From an uncultured Anaerolineales bacterium (GTDB taxonomy: Bacteria; Planctomycetota; Phycisphaerae; FEN-1346), in contig CAZGKW010000003.1 of NCBI GenBank assembly GCA_964526295.1, positions 14,962-78,961 of the forward strand: a stretch of 64,000 nucleotides of DNA, written 5' to 3'. The notes under the pieces are model-generated. The model was not told the DNA's origin. It saw nothing but the letters and a program-made list of their open reading frames with translations, and searched no databases. The translations under genes were made by a program, and so were the position numbers. Below are positions 9,355 to 18,858 of the stretch, one piece after another; position 1 is the stretch's first letter; the number at the start of each line of letters is the position of its first letter.

Positions 9355-11176
9355 CGGGCAGGACCAGCACGCGGGCCACCATCGGCCGGCGATGGCCCGG
9401 TACGGTCTCACATGACTTGGACCATGACAATGCAGCGAAACGGGCCGGGTCGGATTTGCTGTTCTCGCGAAACGCCTCCGCGTCCGCAATCAACAGGCAC
9501 TGCTCCAGGCCCCTTGGCGGATGAATCAGCGCGGCGGCTTCTGCCGACGGCGTCTCCTCGACGTCCAGCTCGAAGGCGAGCTCGTGGCACTCCGGCACGC
9601 CCAGAATGACAGGTAGACGCTGGCCGGTCTGTTGCTCGAAACCCCGGCGCAGGGACCGGACCTCCGCCGCGAAATCAGCCAGGCCGCGGAACTCGTTCAG
9701 GGTCGGCACGATCAGGACGACGAACGTCCCGTAGGCCAGGAGGGTCGTGCAGGCGATCAGAAGGATCGCCGCCACCGCCCGCCGCCGGGCGACCACCACG
9801 CCGGCCGCCACCGCCCCGGCGGCCATCGGTCCGGCCAGGACGCCGACGAGCCACGCGTGCGAGCCGAGCCGATCGGCCAACCCGCGCACGACCGCCTGGT
9901 CGGTGTCGTTGTCGAGCACCTTCAGCAGCCACCCCTGGAGGTCCCCCGAGAACGCGAAGACCGTGAGCGCCCCCGCCGCCAGAACCGCCACCCCCGCCAC
10001 GCCCCACACCGCCGCGCCGACCCACGGCCGAAGGGCCCGGTCCGTGTGCTGGGTCCGGACATAGTAGTCGAGGAAGTAGCCGACCAGCAGCGCCGCCGCC
10101 GGGTACGCGACGAACAGGTATTCGTCCTTGCGGAAGCTGACCGCCGAGAAGAAGACCAGCGCCCCGACGAACCAGACGAACGGAAAGAGCAGTCTCGGCC
10201 GGTCCGGGCGCGACGGCCCCCGCCACACCTGCACGAGCGCCCCGGGGAGGAACACGATCCACGGAAACAGGTCCCGGGCCATCGCCGGCAGGTAGTACCA
10301 CCACGCGGTGCCCTCGAAGCCGCCCGTCCCCGTCGCCCGGCCGAAGACGTGCCGGCCCCAGTAGACGCGGCTGAACTCGCCCTCGGTCGCGACGTGGGCC
10401 GCGACGTGCCACGGCGCCGCGACGAGGAGCAGCGCGAGCAGGCCGGAGATCGGCCGAAGACGCTTGAGCGGTTCCCACAGCCCGTCCGAACGCATCCTCA
10501 CAAGCAGATACATCGCCACGGCGAGAAGGGGGACGACCAGCGACGTCGCCTTGATGAGGGTCCCCAGGCCCGCGAGGCCCCAGAAGGGCCAGACCTGCCA
10601 TCGCCCGCCGCGGCCCAGGTGGGCCCGGAAGAAGAAGAGCAGCGACCCGGCGATGCACGCCACCAGGAGCGGGTCGAGAATGCCCGCTCGCCCCCACCAC
10701 AGGACCTTCGGCGTGCTCAGAAGAACGAGTGCTGCCAAGACCCCCACCTGCCGCGACGCCACACAATCGCCCAAGGCGTAGGTCGCGAGGACCATCAGGA
10801 CGAACCCGACGGTGCTCGGCAGGCGGACCGTCAGGCGCGTCACCTCCCCCGGGACGGCGCTCGCCCCCGCCACGAGCCAGTAGTAGAGCGGCGGCTTCTG
10901 GTAGTTCTCGTCCGGCGACGCATTCGACGAGAACTGCGGCACGATCCACGGGTTCGGCTTGCCTTCGGGCCAGACCTCCGAGCGGAGCATGTTCCGGGCG
11001 ACCCGGCCCGCGCGGGCCTCGTGGGCGGTGAAAAGGCTTCTCTCGCTCGTCCGCCAGAGGGCCAGCACCGCCGCCACGACCGCCAGGGCCACGGGGGTGA
11101 CCCAGCCGCGGCGCGCGCCGCCTTCCGTTGTAGCGGACGCGGGCGAACCCTCGTTCGGGTGCGGGCCTTGCGGCAT
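9344..11176 (-). CDS. GT39/GT83 family membrane glycosyltransferase (ArnT/PMT-like)
   Basis: Polytopic membrane protein with the KPPLYYW motif of ArnT/PMT-type transferases. It overlaps the GT2 gene by 11 nt. An alternative start lies at 11194. Confidence 0.75.
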   Translation of the reverse strand: MPQGPHPNEGSPASATTEGGARRGWVTPVALAVVAAVLALWRTSERSLFTAHEARAGRVARNMLRSEVWPEGKPNPWIVPQFSSNASPDENYQKPPLYYWLVAGASAVPGEVTRLTVRLPSTVGFVLMVLATYALGDCVASRQVGVLAALVLLSTPKVLWWGRAGILDPLLVACIAGSLLFFFRAHLGRGGRWQVWPFWGLAGLGTLIKATSLVVPLLAVAMYLLVRMRSDGLWEPLKRLRPISGLLALLLVAAPWHVAAHVATEGEFSRVYWGRHVFGRATGTGGFEGTAWWYYLPAMARDLFPWIVFLPGALVQVWRGPSRPDRPRLLFPFVWFVGALVFFSAVSFRKDEYLFVAYPAAALLVGYFLDYYVRTQHTDRALRPWVGAAVWGVAGVAVLAAGALTVFAFSGDLQGWLLKVLDNDTDQAVVRGLADRLGSHAWLVGVLAGPMAAGAVAAGVVVARRRAVAAILLIACTTLLAYGTFVVLIVPTLNEFRGLADFAAEVRSLRRGFEQQTGQRLPVILGVPECHELAFELDVEETPSAEAAALIHPPRGLEQCLLIADAEAFRENSKSDPARFAALSWSKSCETVPGHRRPMVARVLVLPDAW

Positions 11177-11371
11177 GCGAGGCGTCCTGCGCACCGATGA
11201 TCGCTAACCGGTGAGCGCAACCTGTCGATAACTGCGCGGCGGGTCTCCGTGCCCCCGCGCAAAAAGTATCCCGGAAAACTCGGAGGGCCGCAACGGAAAA
11301 GGGATGCCGGGCAGACCAGCGGCAATTCGGCGCCGAGCAACTGCTTCAATGCCACTCAGCCGCCTCACCCC

Positions 11372-11413
11372 GCCCCTCTCCCGCCGGGGCAGAGGGAGGT
11401 GATGAGACCGTCT
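11372..11413. repeat. 42-nt GC-rich palindromic element abutting the ispD stop codon (copy 1)
   Basis: gcccctctcccgccggggcagagggaggtgatgagaccgtct. It is 86% identical to the copy at 54890..54931. Confidence 0.6.
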
Positions 11414-12142
11414 CTACGCGAACGGCCAGCCCGCCGCCAGGAGGGCCTCACACATGCGGAGATCTTCGGGCGTCGTGATTTTGAAGTTGGCCGCATCGCC
11501 CGGCACCATGACGACCTCCCGCCCCAGGGCCTCGACGAGCTGGGCGTCGTCGGTGATCCGCCCCACGACGTCGCGCCGCCGGCCGTACGCCTGGGTGATG
11601 ACCTCGCGGCGGAAGACCTGCGGCGTCTGGGCCAACCACAGGTCCTCCCGGGGGACGGTGTCGGCGACGACCCGGTCGTCGCGAACCCGCTTGACGGTGT
11701 GATCGACCGGCCGGCCGACCACCGCCGCGCCCCGCTCGACGGCTACCCGCATGGCCTCCTCGACGACCGCGGGCTGGACGAGCGGCCGGACCGCATCGTG
11801 GACGATGACCAGCTCGGTGCCCGGGTCGGTCTCGTCGAGGGCGCGTGCGACGCTGTCGAGGCGCTCCTGGCCCCCCGCGACGAGCTTCAGCGGCCGCCCC
11901 TGGCCGAGACTCGCGCCGACCGCCTCGCGGGCCCGGTCGAGATGGGCCTCGGCGACGGCAATCACGCCCTCGACGATCCCCTCGAGTCCGGCGAAACAGT
12001 CCAGCGTCTGGCGGAGCACCGTCCGTCCCGCCAGCGGAGCGAAGACTTTCGTCGGCGGGGCCTCGGCGCCCCCCGGTCCGGAAGCCCCGGCGAAGCGCTC
12101 GCCGCGCCCCGCCGCCGCCACGATCAGACTGGCCGTAGGCAT
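11414..12142 (-). CDS. ispD: 2-C-methyl-D-erythritol 4-phosphate cytidylyltransferase
   Basis: MPTASLIVAAAGRGERF...KVF.PL..VL, VIVHDAVRP and TDDA motifs of IspD. Confidence 0.85.
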   Translation of the reverse strand: MPTASLIVAAAGRGERFAGASGPGGAEAPPTKVFAPLAGRTVLRQTLDCFAGLEGIVEGVIAVAEAHLDRAREAVGASLGQGRPLKLVAGGQERLDSVARALDETDPGTELVIVHDAVRPLVQPAVVEEAMRVAVERGAAVVGRPVDHTVKRVRDDRVVADTVPREDLWLAQTPQVFRREVITQAYGRRRDVVGRITDDAQLVEALGREVVMVPGDAANFKITTPEDLRMCEALLAAGWPFA

Positions 12143-12313
12143 GGTCCTTCCCCCCGCCGGGCGGCTATGCCGGCGACCGGCCGGTCCGCGCAAGCGGACC
12201 CGCGTCCGGGCCGATCGCGTCGCCCGACTCCATTATACGGAACGCCGGGCCCGGGGGCGCATTTCGCGCAGGAGGATCCCTTTCTTTCCCCGCGATGTCA
12301 CGACACGAACGTC

Positions 12314-13351
12314 CTACGACTCGACCCGTCCGAAGATCATCCGGCCGGCGCTGGTCTGAAGGACGCTCGTAACGGCGATGGTGACGGTCCGTCCGATCTT
12401 GCTCCGTCCGTCCTCGACAACGACCATCGTGCCGTCCTCGAGGTACCCGACGCCCTGCTTTTCCTCCTGGCCGGGGCGGAGAACGTTGACCTCGAGCTCC
12501 TCGCCGGGGAGGACGGCCGGTTTCATGGCGTTCGCGAGGTCGTTGATGTTGATCACTTCGACGCCGTGCAGCTTGGCCACCTTGTTCAGGTTGTAATCGT
12601 TGGTGACGATCCGGCCGGAGAGCCGGCCCCCGAGACGGACGAGCATCTCGTCGACGCCCTCGTCCTCGCCGGCGGCGACGGCCGTATCGTCGATCGCGAC
12701 GTCGACGCCCGGGGTGGCCTGGAGCCGGTTGAGGATGTCGAGGCCGCGCCGGCCCCGGTTCCGCTTGAGGCGATCGGAGGAGTCGGCGATGCCCTGGAGT
12801 TCGCGGAGGACGAACTGGGGGACGACCAGGGGCGAGTGGATGAAGCCCGTCTCGGCGATGTCGGCGATCCGCCCGTCGATGATGACGCTCGTATCGAGCA
12901 GCATGGGCCGGCCGCCCTTCGCCTGCTTCGAGAATTCGATATACGGGATGATGAAACGGAAGTCGTCCTTCGTCTGGAGGATGAAGCTCATCGCCAGGTA
13001 CGACGCGACGACGGCGATGCCGATCCGCACCAGGCCCCGCGTCTCCTCGCCTTCCACGTACAGCTCGACGACCGGCCCGAGGAGCGTCGTCACCAGGAGC
13101 CCCACGATCAGGCCCAGGAAGACCGCCGAGATGACGCTGATGTCCTTGCGGCGGAAGAGGACGTCCAGGACGATGACGAGAACGCCGATGACCATGGCCC
13201 CGAGGATGACCACGGTCGTCAGGAGCGTCTCGTGGTCCGGCCACCGGTTGGCCAGTTTGACCCCCAGCACAATCCCCACCGCCGCCAGGGCCAGAAAGAA
13301 CAGGCTGCGGATGACGAGAAGAAGCATGAACCGGCCCTCCAGGATAGGCAA
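12314..13351 (-). CDS. PIN and TRAM domain membrane protein (YacL-like)
   Basis: N-terminal TM helices, a PIN-like core [12 protein letters not shown] and a C-terminal TRAM-like beta barrel. It is a conserved neighbour of ispD. Confidence 0.7.
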   Translation of the reverse strand: MPILEGRFMLLLVIRSLFFLALAAVGIVLGVKLANRWPDHETLLTTVVILGAMVIGVLVIVLDVLFRRKDISVISAVFLGLIVGLLVTTLLGPVVELYVEGEETRGLVRIGIAVVASYLAMSFILQTKDDFRFIIPYIEFSKQAKGGRPMLLDTSVIIDGRIADIAETGFIHSPLVVPQFVLRELQGIADSSDRLKRNRGRRGLDILNRLQATPGVDVAIDDTAVAAGEDEGVDEMLVRLGGRLSGRIVTNDYNLNKVAKLHGVEVININDLANAMKPAVLPGEELEVNVLRPGQEEKQGVGYLEDGTMVVVEDGRSKIGRTVTIAVTSVLQTSAGRMIFGRVES

Positions 13352-13552
13352 AAAGGATAAATGCGGCCCATGAAACGAATCAGGGGTCGGCCGCGCCTCG
13401 CATTATAGACGGGAGTCCGCGCCGCCTGCAAGCGCAGCGTCCTCCACGGACGGTCCCGGCCGCCCGTCGCGGACCGGCCGGTCCGGCGGCCGGCCGCAGC
13501 GGCAACCGGGAACGCTTGACCCCGGCCCGTCCGGCGGAGTACCCTCTGGCCC

Positions 13553-14467
13553 ATGCGCCGCATCGGATACCTGCCCGAGGAGCGCCTGGCCCGCCGGTTC
13601 GGCAACCACCTCTACGCCCAAGACATCCGCAACCTGGTGGACCCCGAGCCGGACGGCCGGTGGGGCGTATGGGTCGAGTCCGAGGACCACGTCGAGACCG
13701 CCCGCGAGCAGCTCGAGCGGTTCGGCCAGGACCCGGAGGACCCCGCCTACGACGGCGCCGCCGAAGCGGCCCGGACGAAGAAGGCCGAGCAGCGCCGCGA
13801 GCAAGAGGCGTACCAGCGGCGTTACGTCGACGTGGCGAACCGCTGGGGTCTGCGAGACCCCCGCCGCATGGGACCCGTGACGCTGGTGCTCATCGTCGCC
13901 AGCGTCGTCGTGACGGCCCTGACGTGGTTCGGCAACACGAACGAGGGGCTCCAGGACTGGATCACGATCACCCGGATCGAGGAGACCGCCACGACCATCG
14001 CCTGGGAGCCGGGCCTGCCGGAGGTGCGGCGGGGACAGGTGTGGCGGCTGGTGACGCCGATCTTCCTCCACCTCGGCATCCTGCACATCCTGTTCAACAT
14101 GTGGTGGCTGAACGACCTGGGGAGCCTCGTCGAGAAGCGGCGGAGCTCGGGCCTGCTGGTGGCGGTTGTCCTCGTCTCGGCGGTCGCGTCGAACCTGGCC
14201 CAGTACGCCGTCGCGGGGCCGAACTTCGGCGGGATGTCGGGCATCGTTTACGCCCTGGCGGGCTTCATCTGGATCCGGGGGCGGCTCGACCCGGGGTCGG
14301 GGCTGCACCTCGCCCGCCCGGCGCTCGTCATCCTGCTCGTCTGGTTCGCCCTGTGCTGGACGGGTTTCGTGGGACCGATTGCGAACACGGCCCACACCGT
14401 GGGACTCGTCGTGGGCATGGCGTGGGGGTTCCTGTCGTCCGGCCGGCTCCGCCGCCTGAAGAGGTAA
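13553..14467 (+). CDS. rhomboid family intramembrane serine protease
   Basis: GMSGIVYAL (the GxSG catalytic Ser) and a downstream TM His in ANTAHTVGLVVG. Confidence 0.8.
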   Translation: MRRIGYLPEERLARRFGNHLYAQDIRNLVDPEPDGRWGVWVESEDHVETAREQLERFGQDPEDPAYDGAAEAARTKKAEQRREQEAYQRRYVDVANRWGLRDPRRMGPVTLVLIVASVVVTALTWFGNTNEGLQDWITITRIEETATTIAWEPGLPEVRRGQVWRLVTPIFLHLGILHILFNMWWLNDLGSLVEKRRSSGLLVAVVLVSAVASNLAQYAVAGPNFGGMSGIVYALAGFIWIRGRLDPGSGLHLARPALVILLVWFALCWTGFVGPIANTAHTVGLVVGMAWGFLSSGRLRRLKR

Positions 14468-14513
14468 CCGCGCGCCCGGCGCCGGCGCGAACTGACCAAG
14501 GAAGGATGCAAAC

Positions 14514-15569
14514 ATGCCGAACAAACGACAGACGGTCGTCCGCATCAAGGACGGGGCGTTTCACCTGAACGGCCGGCCCACCTGCGAGGGCCGCACCTGG
14601 CGGGGCATGAAGGTCGAGGGTCTCCTGATGAACTCGCGAATGGTCCAGGGCGTCTTCGACGACCTGAACCCCGAGACGCGGTCCCGGTGGGACTACCCGG
14701 ACGGGCCCTGGGACCCCGACCGCAACACGGCCGGCTTCGTCGAGGCGATGCCCGCCTGGCGAGACGCCGGGCTGCTCTCGTTCACCATCAACCTCCAGGG
14801 GGGCAACCCGTACGGCTACTCCAAGCAGCAGCCGTGGCACAATTCGACGTTCCGCGAGGACGGGTCCATGCGGGAGGCCTACCTGGAGCGGCTGAAATCC
14901 ATCCTCGACCGGGCCGACGAGCTGGGCATGGCCCCGATCCTGGGCTACTTCTACTTCGGCCAGGACCAGCGGCTCGCCGACGAGGCCGCCGTCGTCCGTG
15001 CCGCCGAGGCCGCCACCGACTGGCTCCTGGAGAAGGGCTACACGAACGTCCTGGTGGAGATCGGCAACGAGGTCGACGCCCACCATTACGTCCATGACAT
15101 CATCAAGGCCCCCCGGTGCCACGAGCTGATCGAGCTGGTGAAGGAGCGGTCCGCCGGGAGGCTCGACACCCCCGCCGGGCGGCTCCTGGTGAGCACGAGC
15201 TTCTGCGGCAACCGCATCCCCACCGACAACATCGCCGAGGCGGGCGACTTCCTGCTGGTCCACGGCAACGGCGTCGACGAGCCCGACCGGATCCGGGAGA
15301 TGGTCCGCCTGTGCCGGGCCCTCCCCAGCTACCACGGCCAGCCGATCCTCTTCAACGAGGACGACCATTACGCCTTCGACGCCGCGGACAACAACATGCT
15401 GGCCGCGATCGACGAGTACGCGAGCTGGGGGCTGTTCGACTTTCGCCGGCCCGACGAGGGGTTCGACGAGGGGTACCAGTCGGTGCCGCCGAACTGGGGC
15501 ATCAGCTCGGAGCGGAAGCGGGGCTTCTTCCGGCTGCTGGCCGAGGTGACCGGCAGCACGCCGCCGTAG
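14514..15569 (+). CDS. putative glycoside hydrolase (TIM-barrel, GH-A clan-like)
   Basis: VEIGNE acid/base motif. AAGGAAGGA SD precedes the start. Confidence 0.6.
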   Translation: MPNKRQTVVRIKDGAFHLNGRPTCEGRTWRGMKVEGLLMNSRMVQGVFDDLNPETRSRWDYPDGPWDPDRNTAGFVEAMPAWRDAGLLSFTINLQGGNPYGYSKQQPWHNSTFREDGSMREAYLERLKSILDRADELGMAPILGYFYFGQDQRLADEAAVVRAAEAATDWLLEKGYTNVLVEIGNEVDAHHYVHDIIKAPRCHELIELVKERSAGRLDTPAGRLLVSTSFCGNRIPTDNIAEAGDFLLVHGNGVDEPDRIREMVRLCRALPSYHGQPILFNEDDHYAFDAADNNMLAAIDEYASWGLFDFRRPDEGFDEGYQSVPPNWGISSERKRGFFRLLAEVTGSTPP

Positions 15570-15629
15570 GGATCGCGATCGGCTGCTGTCGCGGCGAGGC
15601 ATGCCTCGCCCCTGCGGGCGGAGCGGGAC

Positions 15630-17645
15630 CTAATCCTCCAGGTTCAGCCAGGCCAGCTCCTCGGGCGTCAGTTCCAGCCCGAGCGCGGCCATCGAGGTCC
15701 GTGTCTCGATGATCCGCCGCGGGCCGATCAGGGCGAACGTGGGGAACGGCTGGCACAGGACGTACGCCAGGGCAATGGCGATCGGCAGGACCCCCTTCTT
15801 CTCGGCCAGCTCGATGGCCCGCTCGCGCCGACGGAAGTTGTCCTCGGCGTACCAGCACCGGACGAGCTGGGCGTCGTCGCGCTTCTCGGGCCCCGCCCGG
15901 TCGGTGAAGAACCCGCGGGCCTGGCTCGACCAGGCCAGCAGGGGCATCTGCGTCCGCTCGTGCCACGCCCGCGACGCCGGGTCGGAGGCGGCGATGCACC
16001 CCGCCCACACCGGGTCGACCATCCGGGCCAGGCTGAAGTTGTTGCTGACGGCGGCGAAGCCCGTCAGGCCGTGCTCCTCGGCGTAGGCGTTGGCCGCCTC
16101 GACGCGTTCGATGGACCAGTTCGACCCGCCGAAGGCCCGCATGCGGCCCGCTTTCGCGTGCTCGTTCATCACGTCGACGAATTCGCCGACCGGCACGTCC
16201 GGGTTGTCACGGTGCATGACGTAGATATCGACGTAATCGGTCTGGAGCCGGTCCAGGCTTTCCAGGAGCTGGCGGGTCAGGCCCTCGGGGTCGCACTCGG
16301 GGGTATGGGCCCCCTTGTCGAGCAGGACGACCCGGTCCCGCAGGCCGCGCTTGGCCACCCACTCGCCGAGGACCTTCTCGCACATGCCGCCGCCGTAGAT
16401 GTAGGCCGAGTCGAAGCAGTTCCCGCCCCGCTCGAAGAAGTCGTCGAACATGGCCGAGGCGTGGGGCATGGTGTGCTGGTTGTCGACGCCCATGATGAGG
16501 CGCGACACGTCCTTCTCCAAGCCGGCGATGCGGCCGTACTTCATGCGGTTCGGCTCGCGGACCTCCAGGGGCCGTTCGGAAAACGTCGGCGCCTTGGCGT
16601 CGAACCGCTCGCGGTCGTAGACGAGGCCGAGCCGCTCCCGCCAGGCGTCCATCATGCGGACGTTCGCCAGCGACGCCTCCCAGCCCATGGCGGGGAACTC
16701 CGGCTCCGTCAGGCCCTTCTCGATGTGCTTGGCGAACTCGTCGGCCTCCATTGCCCACAGGTACTCGTCGGTCTCGACGACGATCTCCTCGGGCTCGGCG
16801 CCCTTGCGCGTGAGTGTGATCGTGCTGCGGCCGCCCTCGGGCGTGATCCGCCAGCACTTCGGCAGGTAGATGTCGCCGGCGTCGCCGAAGATGTGGACGG
16901 CGTTGTCCATCGACAGGCCGACGCCCGTGGCGAGCTGGGCCACCAGGTCGCCGGCGAACCTCATGATGCACACCGACCAGTGGTCGACGCCCGTGGGGCC
17001 GAGGTGCCCGTAGGCCTCAACGTCGGTCGGCTCGGCGAACTCCTTGCCCTGCTCCAGGCCGGCCACCAGGCCCGCCATCGAGGTCGGGTAGCCGCCCACG
17101 TCGAGGATGCCCCCGCCGCCCAGCTCGTTCGAGTAGAGCCGATGGTCGGGGTTGAAGCCGGCGTGGAAGCTGAAGGTGGCCCGGACGACGCGGACGTCGC
17201 CGACGGCCTTCTCCTTGAGGAGCTCGATGAGCTTGTGAATGAGCGGATGGCACCGATACATGTAGGCTTCCATGAGGAAGACGCCGTTTCGGCGGGCCGC
17301 CTCGACGATGGCCATCGCCTCGGCGTGGTTGAAGCCGATGGGCTTCTCGACGAGGACGTGCTTGCCGGCGTCGGCCGCCCGGATGGCCCACTTGGCGTGA
17401 AACGCGTGGGGCATGGCGACGTGGACGGCGTCGACGTCGGGGTCCGCGAGAAGATCGTCGCAGGTCTCGTGGGCCCGGACCTCGCCGAAGTGGTCGCGGA
17501 ACTCCTCGGCCCAGACCTTGGCCTCCTCGGGCCAGGTGCTGGCCACGGCCACGACCTTGCCGGTCTTCGAATGGGCGATGCCCGTCGAGACGAGCCGGGC
17601 GATGCCGCCCGCCCCGATGCTGCCCCACCTGAGCGTCTTGGCCAT
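15630..17645 (-). CDS. Gfo/Idh/MocA oxidoreductase fused in-frame to an aldo/keto reductase
   Basis: N-terminal 350 aa: WGSIGAGGIA, EKP, tandem paralog of 17782..18816. After a 17-aa linker an internal MKYGRIAGLEK opens a complete AKR domain (GG..FDSA.IYG, YVDIYVMHR). Confidence 0.75.
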   Translation of the reverse strand: MAKTLRWGSIGAGGIARLVSTGIAHSKTGKVVAVASTWPEEAKVWAEEFRDHFGEVRAHETCDDLLADPDVDAVHVAMPHAFHAKWAIRAADAGKHVLVEKPIGFNHAEAMAIVEAARRNGVFLMEAYMYRCHPLIHKLIELLKEKAVGDVRVVRATFSFHAGFNPDHRLYSNELGGGGILDVGGYPTSMAGLVAGLEQGKEFAEPTDVEAYGHLGPTGVDHWSVCIMRFAGDLVAQLATGVGLSMDNAVHIFGDAGDIYLPKCWRITPEGGRSTITLTRKGAEPEEIVVETDEYLWAMEADEFAKHIEKGLTEPEFPAMGWEASLANVRMMDAWRERLGLVYDRERFDAKAPTFSERPLEVREPNRMKYGRIAGLEKDVSRLIMGVDNQHTMPHASAMFDDFFERGGNCFDSAYIYGGGMCEKVLGEWVAKRGLRDRVVLLDKGAHTPECDPEGLTRQLLESLDRLQTDYVDIYVMHRDNPDVPVGEFVDVMNEHAKAGRMRAFGGSNWSIERVEAANAYAEEHGLTGFAAVSNNFSLARMVDPVWAGCIAASDPASRAWHERTQMPLLAWSSQARGFFTDRAGPEKRDDAQLVRCWYAEDNFRRRERAIELAEKKGVLPIAIALAYVLCQPFPTFALIGPRRIIETRTSMAALGLELTPEELAWLNLED

Positions 17646-17781
17646 CGTCGCCTGCCTTTCCGTTCGAGTCGGCCGGGCGCCTCGCCCGGCTGCGTGAACC
17701 GGGCACCTTAGCGGCCGCCGCGCGCCGCTGCAAGCGTTTCGAGTGGCCATCCGGAGGGGACGGTGTGGCCCGGCGTGCGGG

Positions 17782-18816
17782 TCACGCCCGGTCGGCGTCA
17801 TAGGCGAGGCCGACCGCCTCGCGCCACCGGTCCAGCGTCCGCATGTTCCCCAGCGTGTCGTCCCACCGCATGGCTGGGAACGGGGCCTCGCGGGCCCCAC
17901 CCCGGATGGCCTCGCCCGCGACATCCACCTCCAGGGCGTACAGGCCGCGGTCGACCTCGGTGACCATTTCCTCGGACTCGACCCCCTGGCGATGGAGAAC
18001 CATCCGTGCCGGCTCGCCCTTGCGGCTGGCAAACCAGGGGTCCGGCACGAGGATCGAGCCTTCCGACCCGTAGATGCGGGCCTCGCTCGGCTGTCCGACG
18101 CGCAGGCCGCAAGCGAGCTGGGCGAGCACCCCGCCGGGGAACCGCAGCGACGCAACGGCCCACTCGTCGACGCCGGTCTCGCCGAAGCGAGCGAAGCCGC
18201 ACACGTCCTCCGGCTCGGCGGTTTCGCCGCCGCGGGCCGACCCGGCGACGAGCCGGGCCAACGACGCGCAGTAGCACCCGACGTCGAGGATGCCCCCGCC
18301 GCCGAGGTGCTTCGCCACGTGCCGGTCCTCGGGGCCGAACCCGCCGTGGAAGCTGAACACGGCGTGGACGACGCGGACCTCGCCGATCGCCCCGTCGCGG
18401 AGCAGCTCCGCCAGCCGGGCCACCTGTGGATGGCATCGATACATGAACGCTTCCATGAGGAAGGCGCCGCGGTCACGGACGGCCGCGACGACCCTCTCGG
18501 CCTCGGCGGCGTTCATCGTCAGGGGCTTCTCGCACAGGATGGCCTTGCCCGCCTCGGCGGCGCGGATCGTCCACTCGGCGTGCCACGGGTGGGGCATCGC
18601 CACGTACACCGCCTCGACGGCTTCGTCGGCGAGGAGGGCCTCGTAAGTGGGGTGCGCGGCCGGGACGTCGAACTCGGCGGCGAAGGCGTCGGCCGTCTCC
18701 CGGCTGCGGCTGCCGACCGCGACGAGCCGGCCGGTCCGCGACTCGGCGAGCGCCCGGGCGAACGTCCGGGCGATCGCACCCGTGCTCAGGATGCCCCAGC
18801 GTACCCTCTCGGTCAT
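17782..18816 (-). CDS. Gfo/Idh/MocA family oxidoreductase
   Basis: WGILSTGAIA, CEKP, GGGGILDVG. Paralog of the N-terminal domain of the upstream fusion. Confidence 0.8.
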   Translation of the reverse strand: MTERVRWGILSTGAIARTFARALAESRTGRLVAVGSRSRETADAFAAEFDVPAAHPTYEALLADEAVEAVYVAMPHPWHAEWTIRAAEAGKAILCEKPLTMNAAEAERVVAAVRDRGAFLMEAFMYRCHPQVARLAELLRDGAIGEVRVVHAVFSFHGGFGPEDRHVAKHLGGGGILDVGCYCASLARLVAGSARGGETAEPEDVCGFARFGETGVDEWAVASLRFPGGVLAQLACGLRVGQPSEARIYGSEGSILVPDPWFASRKGEPARMVLHRQGVESEEMVTEVDRGLYALEVDVAGEAIRGGAREAPFPAMRWDDTLGNMRTLDRWREAVGLAYDADRA

Positions 18817-18858
18817 AGATTTATCCTTATGTATGGGTGATGCGCGGGAGGCACGATC

